From NCBI GenBank assembly GCA_963711565.1, contig CAVQEQ010000001.1, positions 704,001-768,000 of the forward strand: a stretch of DNA of 64,000 nucleotides, written 5' to 3'. The notes beneath the pieces are model-generated. The model was not told where the DNA came from, did not search any database, and saw nothing but the letters and a program-made list of their open reading frames with translations. Positions 18,280-29,244 of the stretch are shown piece after piece. Both the position numbers and the translations under genes were made by a program. Source of the stretch: an uncultured delta proteobacterium (GTDB lineage: Bacteria; Desulfobacterota; Binatia; Binatales; Binataceae). Position 1 is the first letter of the stretch; each line of letters starts with the position of its first letter.

Positions 18280-19464
18280 GTGTTGATTCAAAACGGCTAT
18301 CGTAACGGCGCATCGAAAAACGGGCATTCGACCGGCCCACTGAAAATCGAGAACCCGATTGGCTCGATCGGGATTGAACGTCCCAGCTTGCCCGTCAAAC
18401 TCCATCCAATCGCCGCGGTCAAAGAACAGCGCGCGCAACTGAACGGAATCGGTGTCGTGGGACTCGGCTATTGGGGGCCCAACTGGGTCCGCAATTTCCA
18501 TCAGAACCAGTGCACCCGGCGGCTCGTCGCATGCGATCTCGACGCGAAACGGCGGACGCATGTCAGCCAGTTGTATTCGGACCTCGAAACAACTGCGCGT
18601 TTCGAAGACTTGCTCAACGACTCCGACATCGAGGGCATCGTGATCGCGACCCCCGTCGGTACCCATTACGCGATGGCCCGACGAGCGCTCGAAGCCGGCA
18701 AGTCGGTGCTGGTGGAGAAGCCGCTCGCAACGTCAACCGAAGAGGCCGACGAACTGGTCAAGATTGCACGTGAGCGAAAGCTCGTCCTCATGGTCGGGCA
18801 CACTTTCGAGTACAGCGCTCCGGTTCTGAAGATGCACGACATAATCCAGTCGGGCGAGCTCGGCGACGTGTTCTACATCAGTTCCGTGCGCGCCAACCTC
18901 GGCCTCTTTCAGCGCGACGTCAACGTGACGTGGGATCTAGCGACTCACGACATTTCGATCATCCTGAACCTGATGGGCGGCCGCGTGCCCGAAGCAGTGA
19001 GCTGCCAGGGCGAATGTCACTACGGCCACGGCGTCGAGGATGTCGCGATGCTGACGTTGCGCTTCGAACGAAACATCATCGCGTTCATCCACGTCAGCTG
19101 GCTCGATCCCGACAAGATTCGCCGAACTACCGTGGTCGGGTCGCGCAAGATGCTGGTGTACGACGATACCGCGCCGCAGGAAAAAATCCGCATCTACGAC
19201 AAGGGAGTGACGGCGCAAAAGTACTACGACACTTTCGGTGAGTTCCAGTTCTCGTATCGCTACGGCGACATCCAGATTCCCCGAATCGAGGAAAAGGAGC
19301 CCCTGTTTTGCGAGTGCGAACACTTCGTCAGGTGCTTGAAGAGCGGCGAAACGCCGAACACCGACGGCATCAACGGCGCGCGCGTCGTGAGTGTGCTCGA
19401 GGCAGCGAACTATTCGCTGCGCAGGGGCGGCCTGATGGTCCCGCTCGGGAATGCGGTGCGATGA
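18280..19464 (+). CDS. Gfo/Idh/MocA oxidoreductase (WbpB/WlbA-like)
   Basis: GVVGLGYWG, VLVEKP, WDLATHD. Confidence 0.9.
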   Translation: MLIQNGYRNGASKNGHSTGPLKIENPIGSIGIERPSLPVKLHPIAAVKEQRAQLNGIGVVGLGYWGPNWVRNFHQNQCTRRLVACDLDAKRRTHVSQLYSDLETTARFEDLLNDSDIEGIVIATPVGTHYAMARRALEAGKSVLVEKPLATSTEEADELVKIARERKLVLMVGHTFEYSAPVLKMHDIIQSGELGDVFYISSVRANLGLFQRDVNVTWDLATHDISIILNLMGGRVPEAVSCQGECHYGHGVEDVAMLTLRFERNIIAFIHVSWLDPDKIRRTTVVGSRKMLVYDDTAPQEKIRIYDKGVTAQKYYDTFGEFQFSYRYGDIQIPRIEEKEPLFCECEHFVRCLKSGETPNTDGINGARVVSVLEAANYSLRRGGLMVPLGNAVR

Positions 19465-19988
19465 GTGCGGCAATCGAGCAGCGCCAGCTTCCGCAATTCA
19501 CCTGCGTCGCCGATGACGTGCGGATGGGCGAGCGCGTGCGCCTGGCCTCTTACGTAAATCTCTACGGCTGCGAAATTGGCGACGACACACGGCTCGGTGC
19601 GTTCGTCGAGGTTCAACGTGACGCGAAAATCGGGCGGCGCTGCAAAATCTCGAGCCACACGTTCGTGTGCTCCGGCGTGACGATCGAGGACGAAGTCTTC
19701 GTCGGTCACGGCGTCATCTTCATCAACGACCGCTATCCGCGCGCGACCGGCGCCGGCGGTGCGCCGCAAACCGAGAACGACTGGAAGCTGGAACATACCG
19801 TGGTGAGAGACGGTGCGTCGATCGGCAGCGGCGCGATCGTGATGTGCGGAGTCGAAATTGGAGCGGGCGCACTGGTCGGTGCGGGCGCGATGGTTGTTCG
19901 CGACGTACCCGCCGGCGCAATCGTCGCGGGCCATCCGGCGCGCGTGCGCGGACCCGTAGGTTCGTCGAAAGAGAGGTCGGCGCGATGA
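19461..19988 (+). CDS. Hexapeptide-repeat N-acetyltransferase (WbpD/WlbB-like)
   Basis: VNLYGCEIGD, FIND.YPR, GASIGSGA. Confidence 0.9.
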   Translation: MSAAIEQRQLPQFTCVADDVRMGERVRLASYVNLYGCEIGDDTRLGAFVEVQRDAKIGRRCKISSHTFVCSGVTIEDEVFVGHGVIFINDRYPRATGAGGAPQTENDWKLEHTVVRDGASIGSGAIVMCGVEIGAGALVGAGAMVVRDVPAGAIVAGHPARVRGPVGSSKERSAR

Positions 19989-21187
19989 AAATAAAATTTG
20001 TGGACCTGGCCGCGCAAAACCTGGAGATCGCCGAGCGCGTCGGGTTCGAACTCGACCTGATTCACTCCAACACCTCTTACGTCGGCGGTCACCAGGTCGA
20101 AAGCTTCGAGCGTGAATTCGCCGATTTCCTCGGCGTGAAGCGCGTCATCGGCGTCGCCAACGGAACCGACGCAATTCGCATCGCTCTGCTGGCGCTCGGC
20201 GTCGGCCCCGGCGACGAAGTCGTCACCGTGCCCATGACCTTCATCGCTACCGCGGCTTCGATCGTGCAAACCGGCGCGCGTCCGAGGTTCGTCGATATCG
20301 ATCCCGCTACCGGCAACATGAGCATCCCCGCGCTGCGCAGCTTTCTGGAATCCTTGTCGCGCAACGAGCGCCGCGCGGTTCGCGCCATCGTTCCGGTACA
20401 TCTATATGGGCTGCCGGCGCCGATGGTCGAGCTCAAGGAAATCGCGGCGGAGTTCAAGCTCAAACTGGTCGAAGATGCATGCCAGGCTCACGGCGCTCGC
20501 GTCCGCACTGCCGACGGGATGGCAATGGCGGGAACGCTCGGCGACGCCGGATGCTTCAGCTTCTACCCCGGCAAAAATCTCGGCGCGTGGGGCGACGGAG
20601 GCGCGGTCGCGACCAACGACGACGAAGTTGCGCGGCGGGTTTCGCTTCTGAGCAATCACGGCCGCTTGTCGCACTACGCGCACGAGCTTTGCGGATACAA
20701 CTCGCGACTCGATTCGATCCAGGCCGCGGTCCTGCGCGCGAAGCTGGAAAAGCTCGCCGAGTGGAACGAGCGCCGCCGCGTAATCGCTTCCGCGTATCGC
20801 GAGTTGCTCGCGCCGATGGACGTTCACCCGATTCTCCCGCCCGACGGCATCGAATCCTGCTTCCACCTCTTTGTCGTTCGAAGCCCACGGCGCGACGCCA
20901 TCCGCAATGCGCTGCTGCAAAATGATATCGAGTGCGGAATCCACTATCCCGTTCCGCTTCATCTTCAGCCCGCGCTGGCCTATCTCGGCTATCGGCCAGG
21001 TGATTTCCCCGCGAGCGAAGCTTTGGCGGATACCACTCTGTCGTTGCCGATGCATCCGCATCTGAACGGAATGGAAATTCTACGAACTGTCGAGACTGTG
21101 GCCTCAGCACTCTTGCCGGCGAACGAACGGGTCTCCGCGCAGCGCAGCAACGCTTCACAGCTCGATACTGCATCCCCCGACGCATGA
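19985..21187 (+). CDS. DegT/DnrJ/EryC1/StrS aminotransferase (WbpE-like)
   Basis: NGTDA, EDACQAHG, FSFYPGKNLGA.GDGG. Confidence 0.95.
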   Translation: MKIKFVDLAAQNLEIAERVGFELDLIHSNTSYVGGHQVESFEREFADFLGVKRVIGVANGTDAIRIALLALGVGPGDEVVTVPMTFIATAASIVQTGARPRFVDIDPATGNMSIPALRSFLESLSRNERRAVRAIVPVHLYGLPAPMVELKEIAAEFKLKLVEDACQAHGARVRTADGMAMAGTLGDAGCFSFYPGKNLGAWGDGGAVATNDDEVARRVSLLSNHGRLSHYAHELCGYNSRLDSIQAAVLRAKLEKLAEWNERRRVIASAYRELLAPMDVHPILPPDGIESCFHLFVVRSPRRDAIRNALLQNDIECGIHYPVPLHLQPALAYLGYRPGDFPASEALADTTLSLPMHPHLNGMEILRTVETVASALLPANERVSAQRSNASQLDTASPDA

Positions 21188-21197
21188 GTTGATTTCG

Positions 21198-22631
21198 ATG
21201 TTTGCCGACGAGTGCAGAAAACAGAAGTTGCTCTTCGCGATCGCCGATGTCTGTGCGCTGGTGCTCGCCGTTGCGGGCGCATTGACCCTGCACGACCCGG
21301 ACGGCGCCATCCTGGCGCATCTCGAAAGCATCGATCCGATGCGGCTGGCCGAAGGCGGCGTCCTGGCGGCGCTACTGTGGGTCGGCGTCTTCCGAACTTT
21401 CGATCTGTTCACCATGCGCAACGGCAGCCGCAAGGAAATGATCGCGATCGTCAAGGCGTGCTCGGCCGCGGCCGGCCTGATGCTGCTCGCCAGCTACGCG
21501 GCGCACGTTCAAATCTCGCGCGTTAGCGTCGCCAGCTTTTACGCCTTCAGCATCGTCGCCGAATTGGCGCTGCGCGGGGGCTTGCGCAATCTCATTCAGC
21601 AATTCTATTCGAGCCCGCGAATTTCGATCCCGCTCGTGATCATCGGCTTCAACCCCGTCGCTCGGCACCTTTGCGACAGCATTCAGGAAGAACTGACGCA
21701 GTATGAATTTCTCGGCTTCCTTGACGCTGATTCCGTCGGCCACGAGTACCGCGGCTATCCGGTGCTCGGACACCCCGATCTGTTGCCGGGCCTCATTCGC
21801 GTTCATCCGTGCCTCGAGGCTGCCATCGCCATCCCTGACGCCCCGCTCGCCGATCAGGCGCGCATGGTCGAGCTATGCGAAAAATCGCGGCTGCATTGGT
21901 GGGTCGTGCCGTGGGTCTATCGATCCGCGCCGACCGGTCTCCGCGTCGACACCGTCGGTCTGATTCCGCTGGTCGGGCGCCGCGGCTCGAACGTCGAGGG
22001 CCTGAACTACCTGGTGAAGCGCACCTTCAACGTCGTATGCGCCTCGCTCATTTTGGTTTTTGCCGCGCCTGTGATCGCATTCGCCGCTCTCGCGATTTTA
22101 ATTCTCGACGGCAGACCGATCTTCTTCCGGCAGGATCGAATCGGCGTACAAGGCCGGCGATTTGAAATGTTGAAACTGCGCACGATGAAAACCTGCGCCG
22201 CCGACCTCGTCCATCGCCAATACGTGCGGCGTTGGATCTCCAACGGTCACAGTGCCGGCGCCAACGGCAACGGCGCCAAGGTCTTCAAGCTCTGCAACGA
22301 TTCGCGCGTCACCGGCGTCGGCAGAATTCTGCGCCGCTTCAGCATCGATGAACTGCCCCAGATCCTCAACGTGGTGCGCGGCGACATGAGCCTCATCGGC
22401 CCGCGTCCCGCCCTGCCCTACGAGCTCGAGCACTATCAGGACTGGCATCGCCGCCGCCTTGAAGGGATGCCGGGAATCACCGGTTTGTGGCAGGTCAGCG
22501 GACGCAACCGGGTTTCATTCGACGAGATGGTCAAGCTCAACGTCCAGTACCTCGAAGATTGGTCGCTGAGCACCGACATCGGAATTCTTTTTCGCACCAT
22601 CCCGGTTCTGCTTCGCGGAGAAGGACGGTGA
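21198..22631 (+). CDS. Priming phosphoglycosyl transferase (WcaJ/GumD family)
   Basis: KLRTM, D.RVT.VG..LR..S.DELPQ..NV..GDMS.IGPRP, PGITG.WQV.GR. Confidence 0.95.
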   Translation: MFADECRKQKLLFAIADVCALVLAVAGALTLHDPDGAILAHLESIDPMRLAEGGVLAALLWVGVFRTFDLFTMRNGSRKEMIAIVKACSAAAGLMLLASYAAHVQISRVSVASFYAFSIVAELALRGGLRNLIQQFYSSPRISIPLVIIGFNPVARHLCDSIQEELTQYEFLGFLDADSVGHEYRGYPVLGHPDLLPGLIRVHPCLEAAIAIPDAPLADQARMVELCEKSRLHWWVVPWVYRSAPTGLRVDTVGLIPLVGRRGSNVEGLNYLVKRTFNVVCASLILVFAAPVIAFAALAILILDGRPIFFRQDRIGVQGRRFEMLKLRTMKTCAADLVHRQYVRRWISNGHSAGANGNGAKVFKLCNDSRVTGVGRILRRFSIDELPQILNVVRGDMSLIGPRPALPYELEHYQDWHRRRLEGMPGITGLWQVSGRNRVSFDEMVKLNVQYLEDWSLSTDIGILFRTIPVLLRGEGR

Positions 22632-24148
22632 ACGATCGCGTGCCTGTGACCGGCGATAGTCGCGAGCACGCCGAGCGCAACCGCTGGTTGTGGAATGCGT
22701 TCGCGCGCTCGGTTCGCGACAATATGGTCGCGGAGTTCGTCGTGCAGGCGCTGCGAGTCGGCGGGATGGTCGTGCTCGCGCGCGCGCTTTCGCCGCATGA
22801 TTTCGGCCTGTTCAAGGTTCTCGTCGTCGTCTCGACCTTCGCGATGCTGATCAACGAGGCCGGCATACCCGACGCGCTGATTCAGCGCCGCGATCTGAGC
22901 CCCGCGCATCATTCGACCGCGTTGTGGATGAGCCTCGCGCTCGCGCTGCTGACCTGCGGCCTGCTCTACGGCGGCGCGCCCGCGCTTGCGCATCTCATGA
23001 AGATGCCGGAACTGCGCCAGGGCATGCGCCTGCTCTGCATTCCTTTTCTTCTGGAGGGCGCTGCAGTCACGGCGAACGCGCGGCTGCGTCGCGACCTGCG
23101 CTTCACTGCGCTCGCGGCCGCCGACGTACTCGCCGAGTTCGCGTTTCTTGGCGTCGCGCTCGTGTTGCTCTGGGATCGGTTACCGGCATGGAGCCTGGCC
23201 GGCGGTCTCGCCGCGCGCTTTGCCGTTCACGCGATTACCGTCCTGTTTGCCGGCGGCAGAACACCGCTTGGACTTCCGACTGCCGCCGCTGCGCGCGACT
23301 TGGGCCGGTTTGCGACCAAGGTTCTCGGCGGACGAACCGTCGATGCGCTCTCGTCCAACGTGGATTTCCTGCTTATCGGCCGGCTGCTCGGGAGTTCAGC
23401 GCTGGGCTTTTATTCGATGGCGTGGGACCTGCTCCGATTCGTCCCGGACCGCGTCTTCCGAATCGCGGGCCGCGTCACGCTCCCGACTTTTTGCCATTTG
23501 CAGGATCAGACCGATCAGCTCGCGCGCGCGTACCTGAATTTCTGCAGCTATCTCTCGCGGATCATTTTGCCGATCGTTCTTTGTGCCGCGATCGCCGCTC
23601 CTGAACTGATCACGATCATCTACGGCCCCAAATGGCGCCCCGCCGCGGTGCCGATGCAATTGCTCGCGTGTGGACTGCTGCTGGTCGGGCTGCGTCTCGC
23701 TATCGGCTCCGTCTATTATGCAAAAAATCATCCCGAGTTCGACTTCTACGTTCATAGCACCCGCCTCGTGCTCGTCGTCGTAACCATTTTCGGCCTCGCG
23801 CACACAGGCTTGATCGGCGTGAGCATGGGCAGAAGCGCGGTCGAGGTCGTCATGAGCATCGCGGGTCAGTGGCTGGCATGCCTGGTGCTCGGCATCGGAC
23901 TTACCGATCTCGTCGTGGCAATTTTGCCCGGCGCCGGACTGGCGCTGATGTGCGCACTTGCCGTCACTGCCGGGAAGATCACCGCGAGCGCACTCGGTAC
24001 GTCGGGAGTCGCGACTTTGCTGCTCATCATGATGCCGCCCGCGATCGTCTATTGCTGGCGCGAATCGTCAACCGCGATGCGAATGTTCGCGGACACGTTC
24101 GGCCGCGGCGAAGGTGCGCCGATCACCGTCGCCCAGGAGCTTCAATGA
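22628..24148 (+). CDS. wzx: Oligosaccharide flippase (Wzx/PST family)
   Basis: LARALSP.DFG, ALIQR, LGFYS.A, YG.KW. Confidence 0.9.
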   Translation: MNDRVPVTGDSREHAERNRWLWNAFARSVRDNMVAEFVVQALRVGGMVVLARALSPHDFGLFKVLVVVSTFAMLINEAGIPDALIQRRDLSPAHHSTALWMSLALALLTCGLLYGGAPALAHLMKMPELRQGMRLLCIPFLLEGAAVTANARLRRDLRFTALAAADVLAEFAFLGVALVLLWDRLPAWSLAGGLAARFAVHAITVLFAGGRTPLGLPTAAAARDLGRFATKVLGGRTVDALSSNVDFLLIGRLLGSSALGFYSMAWDLLRFVPDRVFRIAGRVTLPTFCHLQDQTDQLARAYLNFCSYLSRIILPIVLCAAIAAPELITIIYGPKWRPAAVPMQLLACGLLLVGLRLAIGSVYYAKNHPEFDFYVHSTRLVLVVVTIFGLAHTGLIGVSMGRSAVEVVMSIAGQWLACLVLGIGLTDLVVAILPGAGLALMCALAVTAGKITASALGTSGVATLLLIMMPPAIVYCWRESSTAMRMFADTFGRGEGAPITVAQELQ

Positions 24149-25203
24149 ATCAGACTGCAACGGTTCGCGAGATATCCGTCGAGCCTGAGTTGCGGATTCT
24201 GCCGCTCGATCGGGTCCGCGCCGCGTGGGAAGATCTCGCCGCCTCGCATCCCGCGGCGACTCTCTATCATCGCCGGCCGTGGCTCGAAGTTTTGCGGCGC
24301 GCCTTCGGCGTCGATCCCTCCGTCGCGATCATCGGCGAATACAAATCGACGCTTGCCGCCTGCCTCCTCGCACCGGGCGGCAATCCGCTTCGCCGCAGTC
24401 TCATCTCGCTGCCATTCTCCGATTTTTGCCCGCCCCTTGCGGTCGACGACTCCGCGCTCGATTCGTTGATGTCCGGCTTGTCGGGCCTTGCCGCGCAATC
24501 CAGGCTCGAGATTCGCGGCGTCGCCGCATCCGATCCGTGGCACGTCCTGGATCACTTCCAGCGCTGGACGCTCGATTTGTCGCGCCCCTTCCAGGCTATA
24601 GAGCGCGCTGCCGATCGCGAGGTGAGACGCCACCTCCGACGCGCCTGCACGGCTGGGGTCACGGTCGAGTGCTCGCGCAGCGTCAACGCGATCGAAACTT
24701 TCTTTCGGCTCCAGCTCGAAAGCCGGCGCCGTCTCGGAGTCCCGTCACAACCGCTTAACTTTTTCAGACTCGTGCACCAAGTATTCGCGAAACTGGATTC
24801 CATCGAGGTGTGGTTTGCATCGCACCTGGGCAAACCCATCGCCGCCGTTGTCGTCTTGCGCGACGGCGACGACTTGCACGCGAAATGGTCCGCGCGCGTC
24901 GCCGGCAGCCCTGACGGCGCCAGCCATTCGATCTTCATGTCTATCGTCGAGCAGCACGCTCAGCGCGCCTGCTCACTCGACTTCGGCCGTACCGACAGCC
25001 GCAACCGCGGTCTCTCGCGATTCAAGCGCGAGCTTGGCGCTGCGCCTGCCGAGATGCCCTATAGCTATTTTCCGCAGATGCCGAGCGTTACCAGCGCCGA
25101 AAATCTGACCGGTGTGTGGCGGACCGCTTCCCGCGCGTGGCGACATCTGCCTCTGCCGATCGCTCGAGTCCTCAGCGACGTGACCTACAGGTACCTCGCA
25201 TGA
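24145..25203 (+). CDS. GNAT/FemAB-like N-acyltransferase
   Basis: SLPFSD.C, LDFGRT...N.GL.RFK..LGA. Confidence 0.8.
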   Translation: MNQTATVREISVEPELRILPLDRVRAAWEDLAASHPAATLYHRRPWLEVLRRAFGVDPSVAIIGEYKSTLAACLLAPGGNPLRRSLISLPFSDFCPPLAVDDSALDSLMSGLSGLAAQSRLEIRGVAASDPWHVLDHFQRWTLDLSRPFQAIERAADREVRRHLRRACTAGVTVECSRSVNAIETFFRLQLESRRRLGVPSQPLNFFRLVHQVFAKLDSIEVWFASHLGKPIAAVVVLRDGDDLHAKWSARVAGSPDGASHSIFMSIVEQHAQRACSLDFGRTDSRNRGLSRFKRELGAAPAEMPYSYFPQMPSVTSAENLTGVWRTASRAWRHLPLPIARVLSDVTYRYLA

Positions 25204-26054
25204 CCAAGTACATCGCAATCACGCCGGCGCGGGACGAGGAAAAATTCCTGCCGCTGCTGATCGGCTCGATGGCGGCGCAGAATTTGAAGCCCGACCGTTG
25301 GATAATAATCGACGACGGTTCCGTTGACGCTACCGCCGCGATTCTCGACGAAGCCGCCCGCACCTATTCGTGGATCGAACCTCATCATCTGCCGCGTAAC
25401 CGTCCGCGCGCTCCCGGCGGCGAGTGTGTAACCAGCCAGTTCCTGCCGCACGCAGCTTGCCAGGAGTACGACTACGTCGTGAGGCTCGACGCGGACGTCA
25501 GCTTCGAAGACGGTTTCATCGATCTTCTGCTCGAGGAATTCGCGCGCGACCCGAAGCTCGGGATCGCCAGCCCAACCCTGTACGAGCCCAAGGGCGCGGA
25601 TTGGGTTGAAATTCGACAGCCCGAGTACCACACGCGCGGCCCGGCAAAGATGTACTCACTGGCGTGCTTCAACGCGATCGGTGAACTCGATTCCGATGTT
25701 GGATGGGACACGCTGGACGAAGCGCGCGCGATGATGCTCGGCTTTCGCACGCGCGCTTTCCGCCGTATCACCGCCCGGCATCTTCGCCCGCAGGGCGAGG
25801 CGTCGGGATGGAAGGCGCGGATGATGGCGGGGCTGGCGGCGTACAGAGTCGGTTATTCCCCGCTGTTCATGATCGCCCGCGCGGCGCGTCATACGTTTTC
25901 GACACCGTTCCCGTTTTCGGGCGCGTTGATGCTCGCCGGCTTTCTCAACGGTTACATTCGCGGCGAACCGCGCTGCGCAGAGCCCGAATTAGTACGATTC
26001 ATCCGCCGGCATCAGCACCGCAGGCTGTTCTTGCAGGAGTCGCTATGGCGCTGA
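25200..26054 (+). CDS. Glycosyltransferase family 2
   Basis: ITPARDE, IIDDGS.D, LDAD, GWDTLDE. Confidence 0.9.
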   Translation: MTKYIAITPARDEEKFLPLLIGSMAAQNLKPDRWIIIDDGSVDATAAILDEAARTYSWIEPHHLPRNRPRAPGGECVTSQFLPHAACQEYDYVVRLDADVSFEDGFIDLLLEEFARDPKLGIASPTLYEPKGADWVEIRQPEYHTRGPAKMYSLACFNAIGELDSDVGWDTLDEARAMMLGFRTRAFRRITARHLRPQGEASGWKARMMAGLAAYRVGYSPLFMIARAARHTFSTPFPFSGALMLAGFLNGYIRGEPRCAEPELVRFIRRHQHRRLFLQESLWR

Positions 26055-27268
26055 GCGCTGTAATCGAAGCCGATCGCGTATCCTCCGCGCTATGCGACCA
26101 GCCCCCTTCGGGCGCCGGTCACAACGACGCGTTTTCTTTTTGGAAACTTCCTCATGATTGGAAGTCCGCGCTCGAATCGACGATTGCCGAGTCCAAAGCC
26201 GTCGCCGAGTACTATTTGTTTGAAGAATACCTGGCGCGCGAAGATCGCCGGCCGCCCTCCAGGATGCAGGCTTACTACCGGATCAAAAATCTGATTCCCG
26301 CTGTCCTGCGGCATCGCCTCAACTCCGCGGCAGTCAGGATGCGCGGGCGGCGCGACTTCCCGCACTGGCCGTTTGAAACCGCACTCACTGACTATTGGCG
26401 GGATTGGATGCAGCTCAGCCTGCGCAGCGTGAACGCGACCGACGGCTGGCACATCGGATTTTGGCCCAACGGATTGAAATGCTGCATCGTGCTTACTCAC
26501 GACGTCGAGGGTCCGCTCGGGATGAGCCGGATGGAGCGGATGGCGGATCTCGAAGAACGTTACAATTTCCGATCGGCCTGGAATCTGCCGTTGTCCCAGT
26601 ACGAGATCGATTGGAAGCTGATCGATCGGCTCCGTCTGCGCGGCTTCGAATTCGGCGCGCATGGACTTTGTCACGACGGCCGTCTGTTCCGCAGCGAGAG
26701 CGACTTCAGCGCGCTGGCGCCGATCCTTCAGGAGCTCGCGCACTCCCATGGTCTAAGCGGCTTCCGCGCGCCTTCGACGCTGCGGCGCGCCGAATGGATC
26801 GGCAAACTCTCCTTCGACTTCGATTGCAGCTTCTCGGATTCGGATCCCTACGAGCCGCAACCGGGCGGGACCTGCAGCGTGTTTCCTTTTTTCCTCGCAA
26901 ACCTGGTCGAGCTGCCTTACACGATGCCGCAGGATCACACGCTGATTCATCTGCTGCGCCGGAGTCCCACACAGATTTGGGCGCCCAAGGCACGATGGAT
27001 CGAATCGCTCGGCGGGATGATTCTTACGCTCGTTCATCCCGATTATTGCGGGTCGGGGCGCAATCTCAAGGAATACGAAACTCTCCTCAAACAACTGAGC
27101 GAGTTTGAGTCCGCGTGGCGCGCGCTGCCTTCTGAGGTTTCCTCGTGGTGGCGTCGCCGGGATCAAATGAAGCTGACCGTCAACGGCGACGGCACGCCGT
27201 CGATCGAAGGACCCGGATCCGAGCGCGCGGTTGCGCGGATGCTCTCGAGCGAGCCGTTGGCGCGTTGA
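26045..27268 (+). CDS. Polysaccharide deacetylase-like protein
   Basis: LTHDVE, FGAHG..HDG, GFRAP, L.HPDY. Confidence 0.8.
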   Translation: MALSAVIEADRVSSALCDQPPSGAGHNDAFSFWKLPHDWKSALESTIAESKAVAEYYLFEEYLAREDRRPPSRMQAYYRIKNLIPAVLRHRLNSAAVRMRGRRDFPHWPFETALTDYWRDWMQLSLRSVNATDGWHIGFWPNGLKCCIVLTHDVEGPLGMSRMERMADLEERYNFRSAWNLPLSQYEIDWKLIDRLRLRGFEFGAHGLCHDGRLFRSESDFSALAPILQELAHSHGLSGFRAPSTLRRAEWIGKLSFDFDCSFSDSDPYEPQPGGTCSVFPFFLANLVELPYTMPQDHTLIHLLRRSPTQIWAPKARWIESLGGMILTLVHPDYCGSGRNLKEYETLLKQLSEFESAWRALPSEVSSWWRRRDQMKLTVNGDGTPSIEGPGSERAVARMLSSEPLAR

Positions 27269-27278
27269 GGTGAATGCT

Positions 27279-28484
27279 GTGGCGCGTTTTTTGATGATTG
27301 CCTACACGACCTACATGCACGACGGCCGGGTCAAGCGGCATGCCGAGGCGTTGGCCGAGCGCGGCGATCATGTTGACGTGATTTGCCTCGCCACCGACGA
27401 GCAGCCAATCACGAACGGCGTCAACGTGATCGGCCTGCCGATGCCGCGCTATCGTGGCGAGAGTAAATCCGCGTATCTCAGGAGCTACACCCGGTTCTTT
27501 GCTATGGCGGCGCGGCGCGCAGCGCGGATGTCGATGAAGCTGCGCTACAACGTCGTGATCGTCTGCACGATGCCCGACGCGGTCATCGTCTGCGCGATTC
27601 TGCCCAAGCTCCTCGGCAGCAAAGTCGTGCTCGACGTGCACGACACAATGCCGGAACTGTACCGCGACAAGTTTGGCGGTGCGCGCGGCGCGGCCGGCGC
27701 GAAATTGCTGATGCTCGAGGAGCGAGTCAGCTCGTGGTGGGCGGATCGCGTCCTCGCCGTGCACGATCTCCATCGCGACCGCCTGCAACAGGCCGGCGTG
27801 CCCGCCGACAAGATCCATGTCGTGATGAATTCGCCGGACACGCGAATCTTCGACCGGCACAAAAACGGCGACTCGCCGCCCAATCAGTTCACCTTGATTT
27901 GTCACGGCACCGTGACTCAGCGGCTCGGCCTCGACCTCGCCATCTCCGCGGTCGCGGCGCTGCGTTCGGAAATCCCCGAGTTGCGGCTCGAGGTTATTGG
28001 CGAGGGCGATCGGCTTGCGGAATCGCGCGCGCTCGTCGATCGATTGGGACTCGGCAACCAGGTCTCTTTCATGGACCTTGTGCCGGTGGAAAAACTCCCG
28101 CCGCTGCTGGTCAAGGCGGACGTCGGACTGGTTCCATACCGGCCGAGCTCCGCGACGCATCTGATGTTGCCGGTGAAGCTGCTCGACTACGCGACGCTCA
28201 GCATCCCGGTGATCGCCGCGCGCCTGCGAACCGTCGAATACTACTTCGGCGACGGCGCGGTTGAATTGTTCGAACCCGGCGACGTCGCCGACCTGGCGCG
28301 TGCGATCAGGCTGCTCTACAACAATCCGGATTTGCGCGCGCGGCTGGTGGAGCGATCGCGCCACGCACTGGACGCGCTGAACTGGCAAACCCAGAGAAGC
28401 GAATACTACCGAGCAATCGACTCGTTGGTTGCGGAGAGATTGTCACAGGAGAATTTCGATGGACGTGAAAGAACGCCCGAATGA
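27279..28484 (+). CDS. Glycosyltransferase family 4
   Basis: D.RV...AE.L, LDVHD.MPE, P.KLLDY. Confidence 0.9.
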   Translation: MARFLMIAYTTYMHDGRVKRHAEALAERGDHVDVICLATDEQPITNGVNVIGLPMPRYRGESKSAYLRSYTRFFAMAARRAARMSMKLRYNVVIVCTMPDAVIVCAILPKLLGSKVVLDVHDTMPELYRDKFGGARGAAGAKLLMLEERVSSWWADRVLAVHDLHRDRLQQAGVPADKIHVVMNSPDTRIFDRHKNGDSPPNQFTLICHGTVTQRLGLDLAISAVAALRSEIPELRLEVIGEGDRLAESRALVDRLGLGNQVSFMDLVPVEKLPPLLVKADVGLVPYRPSSATHLMLPVKLLDYATLSIPVIAARLRTVEYYFGDGAVELFEPGDVADLARAIRLLYNNPDLRARLVERSRHALDALNWQTQRSEYYRAIDSLVAERLSQENFDGRERTPE

Positions 28485-29244
28485 CAAGCCGTCCCTACGG
28501 ACCCTCGTGGTCGGACTCGGCGAGGTCGGCGCGGCGCTGGCGGCAATCCTGGACCGCACGGAACCTGTGCTCCGCCACGACCTCGATCGCGTGAAGATTT
28601 CCGAACCAATCGGGACGATGCACCTGTGCGTCCCGTTTCAGTCGCGCCATCAGTTCGAAACCGTCGCGCTCGGATACATAGAACGCTTCCAGCCGTCGCT
28701 GACCATCATCAACAGCACGGTGTTGCCCGGAACCACCCGCTCCATCGCGCAGAAGAGCGGGAGCGCGGTCGCGTACAGCCCGGTTCGGGGCAAGCACGTC
28801 CGCATGCAGCGAGACCTGATGCGATATCGCAAGTATGTCGCCGCACCCGATCCTGAGGCCGCCGCCGGCGCCGAAGAACATTTTCGGGCGGCCGGCATGG
28901 AGACTCAGCGGATGACCGAAGTCGAGTCGCTCGAGCTCGCGAAACTCGCCGAGACCACTTACTTCGGCGTCTGCATTGCTTTCGCGCAGGAAATCAATCG
29001 GTATGCCGAGTGCGTCGGCGCGGACTATTCGGAGACGATCGGGTTTTTCGACGAAGTCGATTTCCTGCCGCGCCAGCGTTACTTCCCCGGCTTCATCGGC
29101 GGCCATTGCGTGATCCCCAACATCAAACTGCTCCTCGAGCTCGCGCCATCGGCGGCGCTGGAAGCAATCCTGGATTCCAATGAACGACGTGCACATGAAC
29201 TTGAATCGCGACCCGGCGCCACTTCCGCGACCCTCTCCGAGTGA
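28459..29244 (+). CDS. Short UDP-glucose/GDP-mannose dehydrogenase family protein
   Basis: VVGLGEVG, INSTVLPGTT, ELAKL.ET, IGGHC; no C-terminal UDP-binding domain. Confidence 0.8.
   Translation: MDVKERPNDKPSLRTLVVGLGEVGAALAAILDRTEPVLRHDLDRVKISEPIGTMHLCVPFQSRHQFETVALGYIERFQPSLTIINSTVLPGTTRSIAQKSGSAVAYSPVRGKHVRMQRDLMRYRKYVAAPDPEAAAGAEEHFRAAGMETQRMTEVESLELAKLAETTYFGVCIAFAQEINRYAECVGADYSETIGFFDEVDFLPRQRYFPGFIGGHCVIPNIKLLLELAPSAALEAILDSNERRAHELESRPGATSATLSE

Noticed and set aside
18248-18286. 12-codon ORF MTSSQSTRITRC coupled to the upstream stop
   Set aside because: Too short to support; the GTG at 18280 has its own RBS and explains the downstream gene
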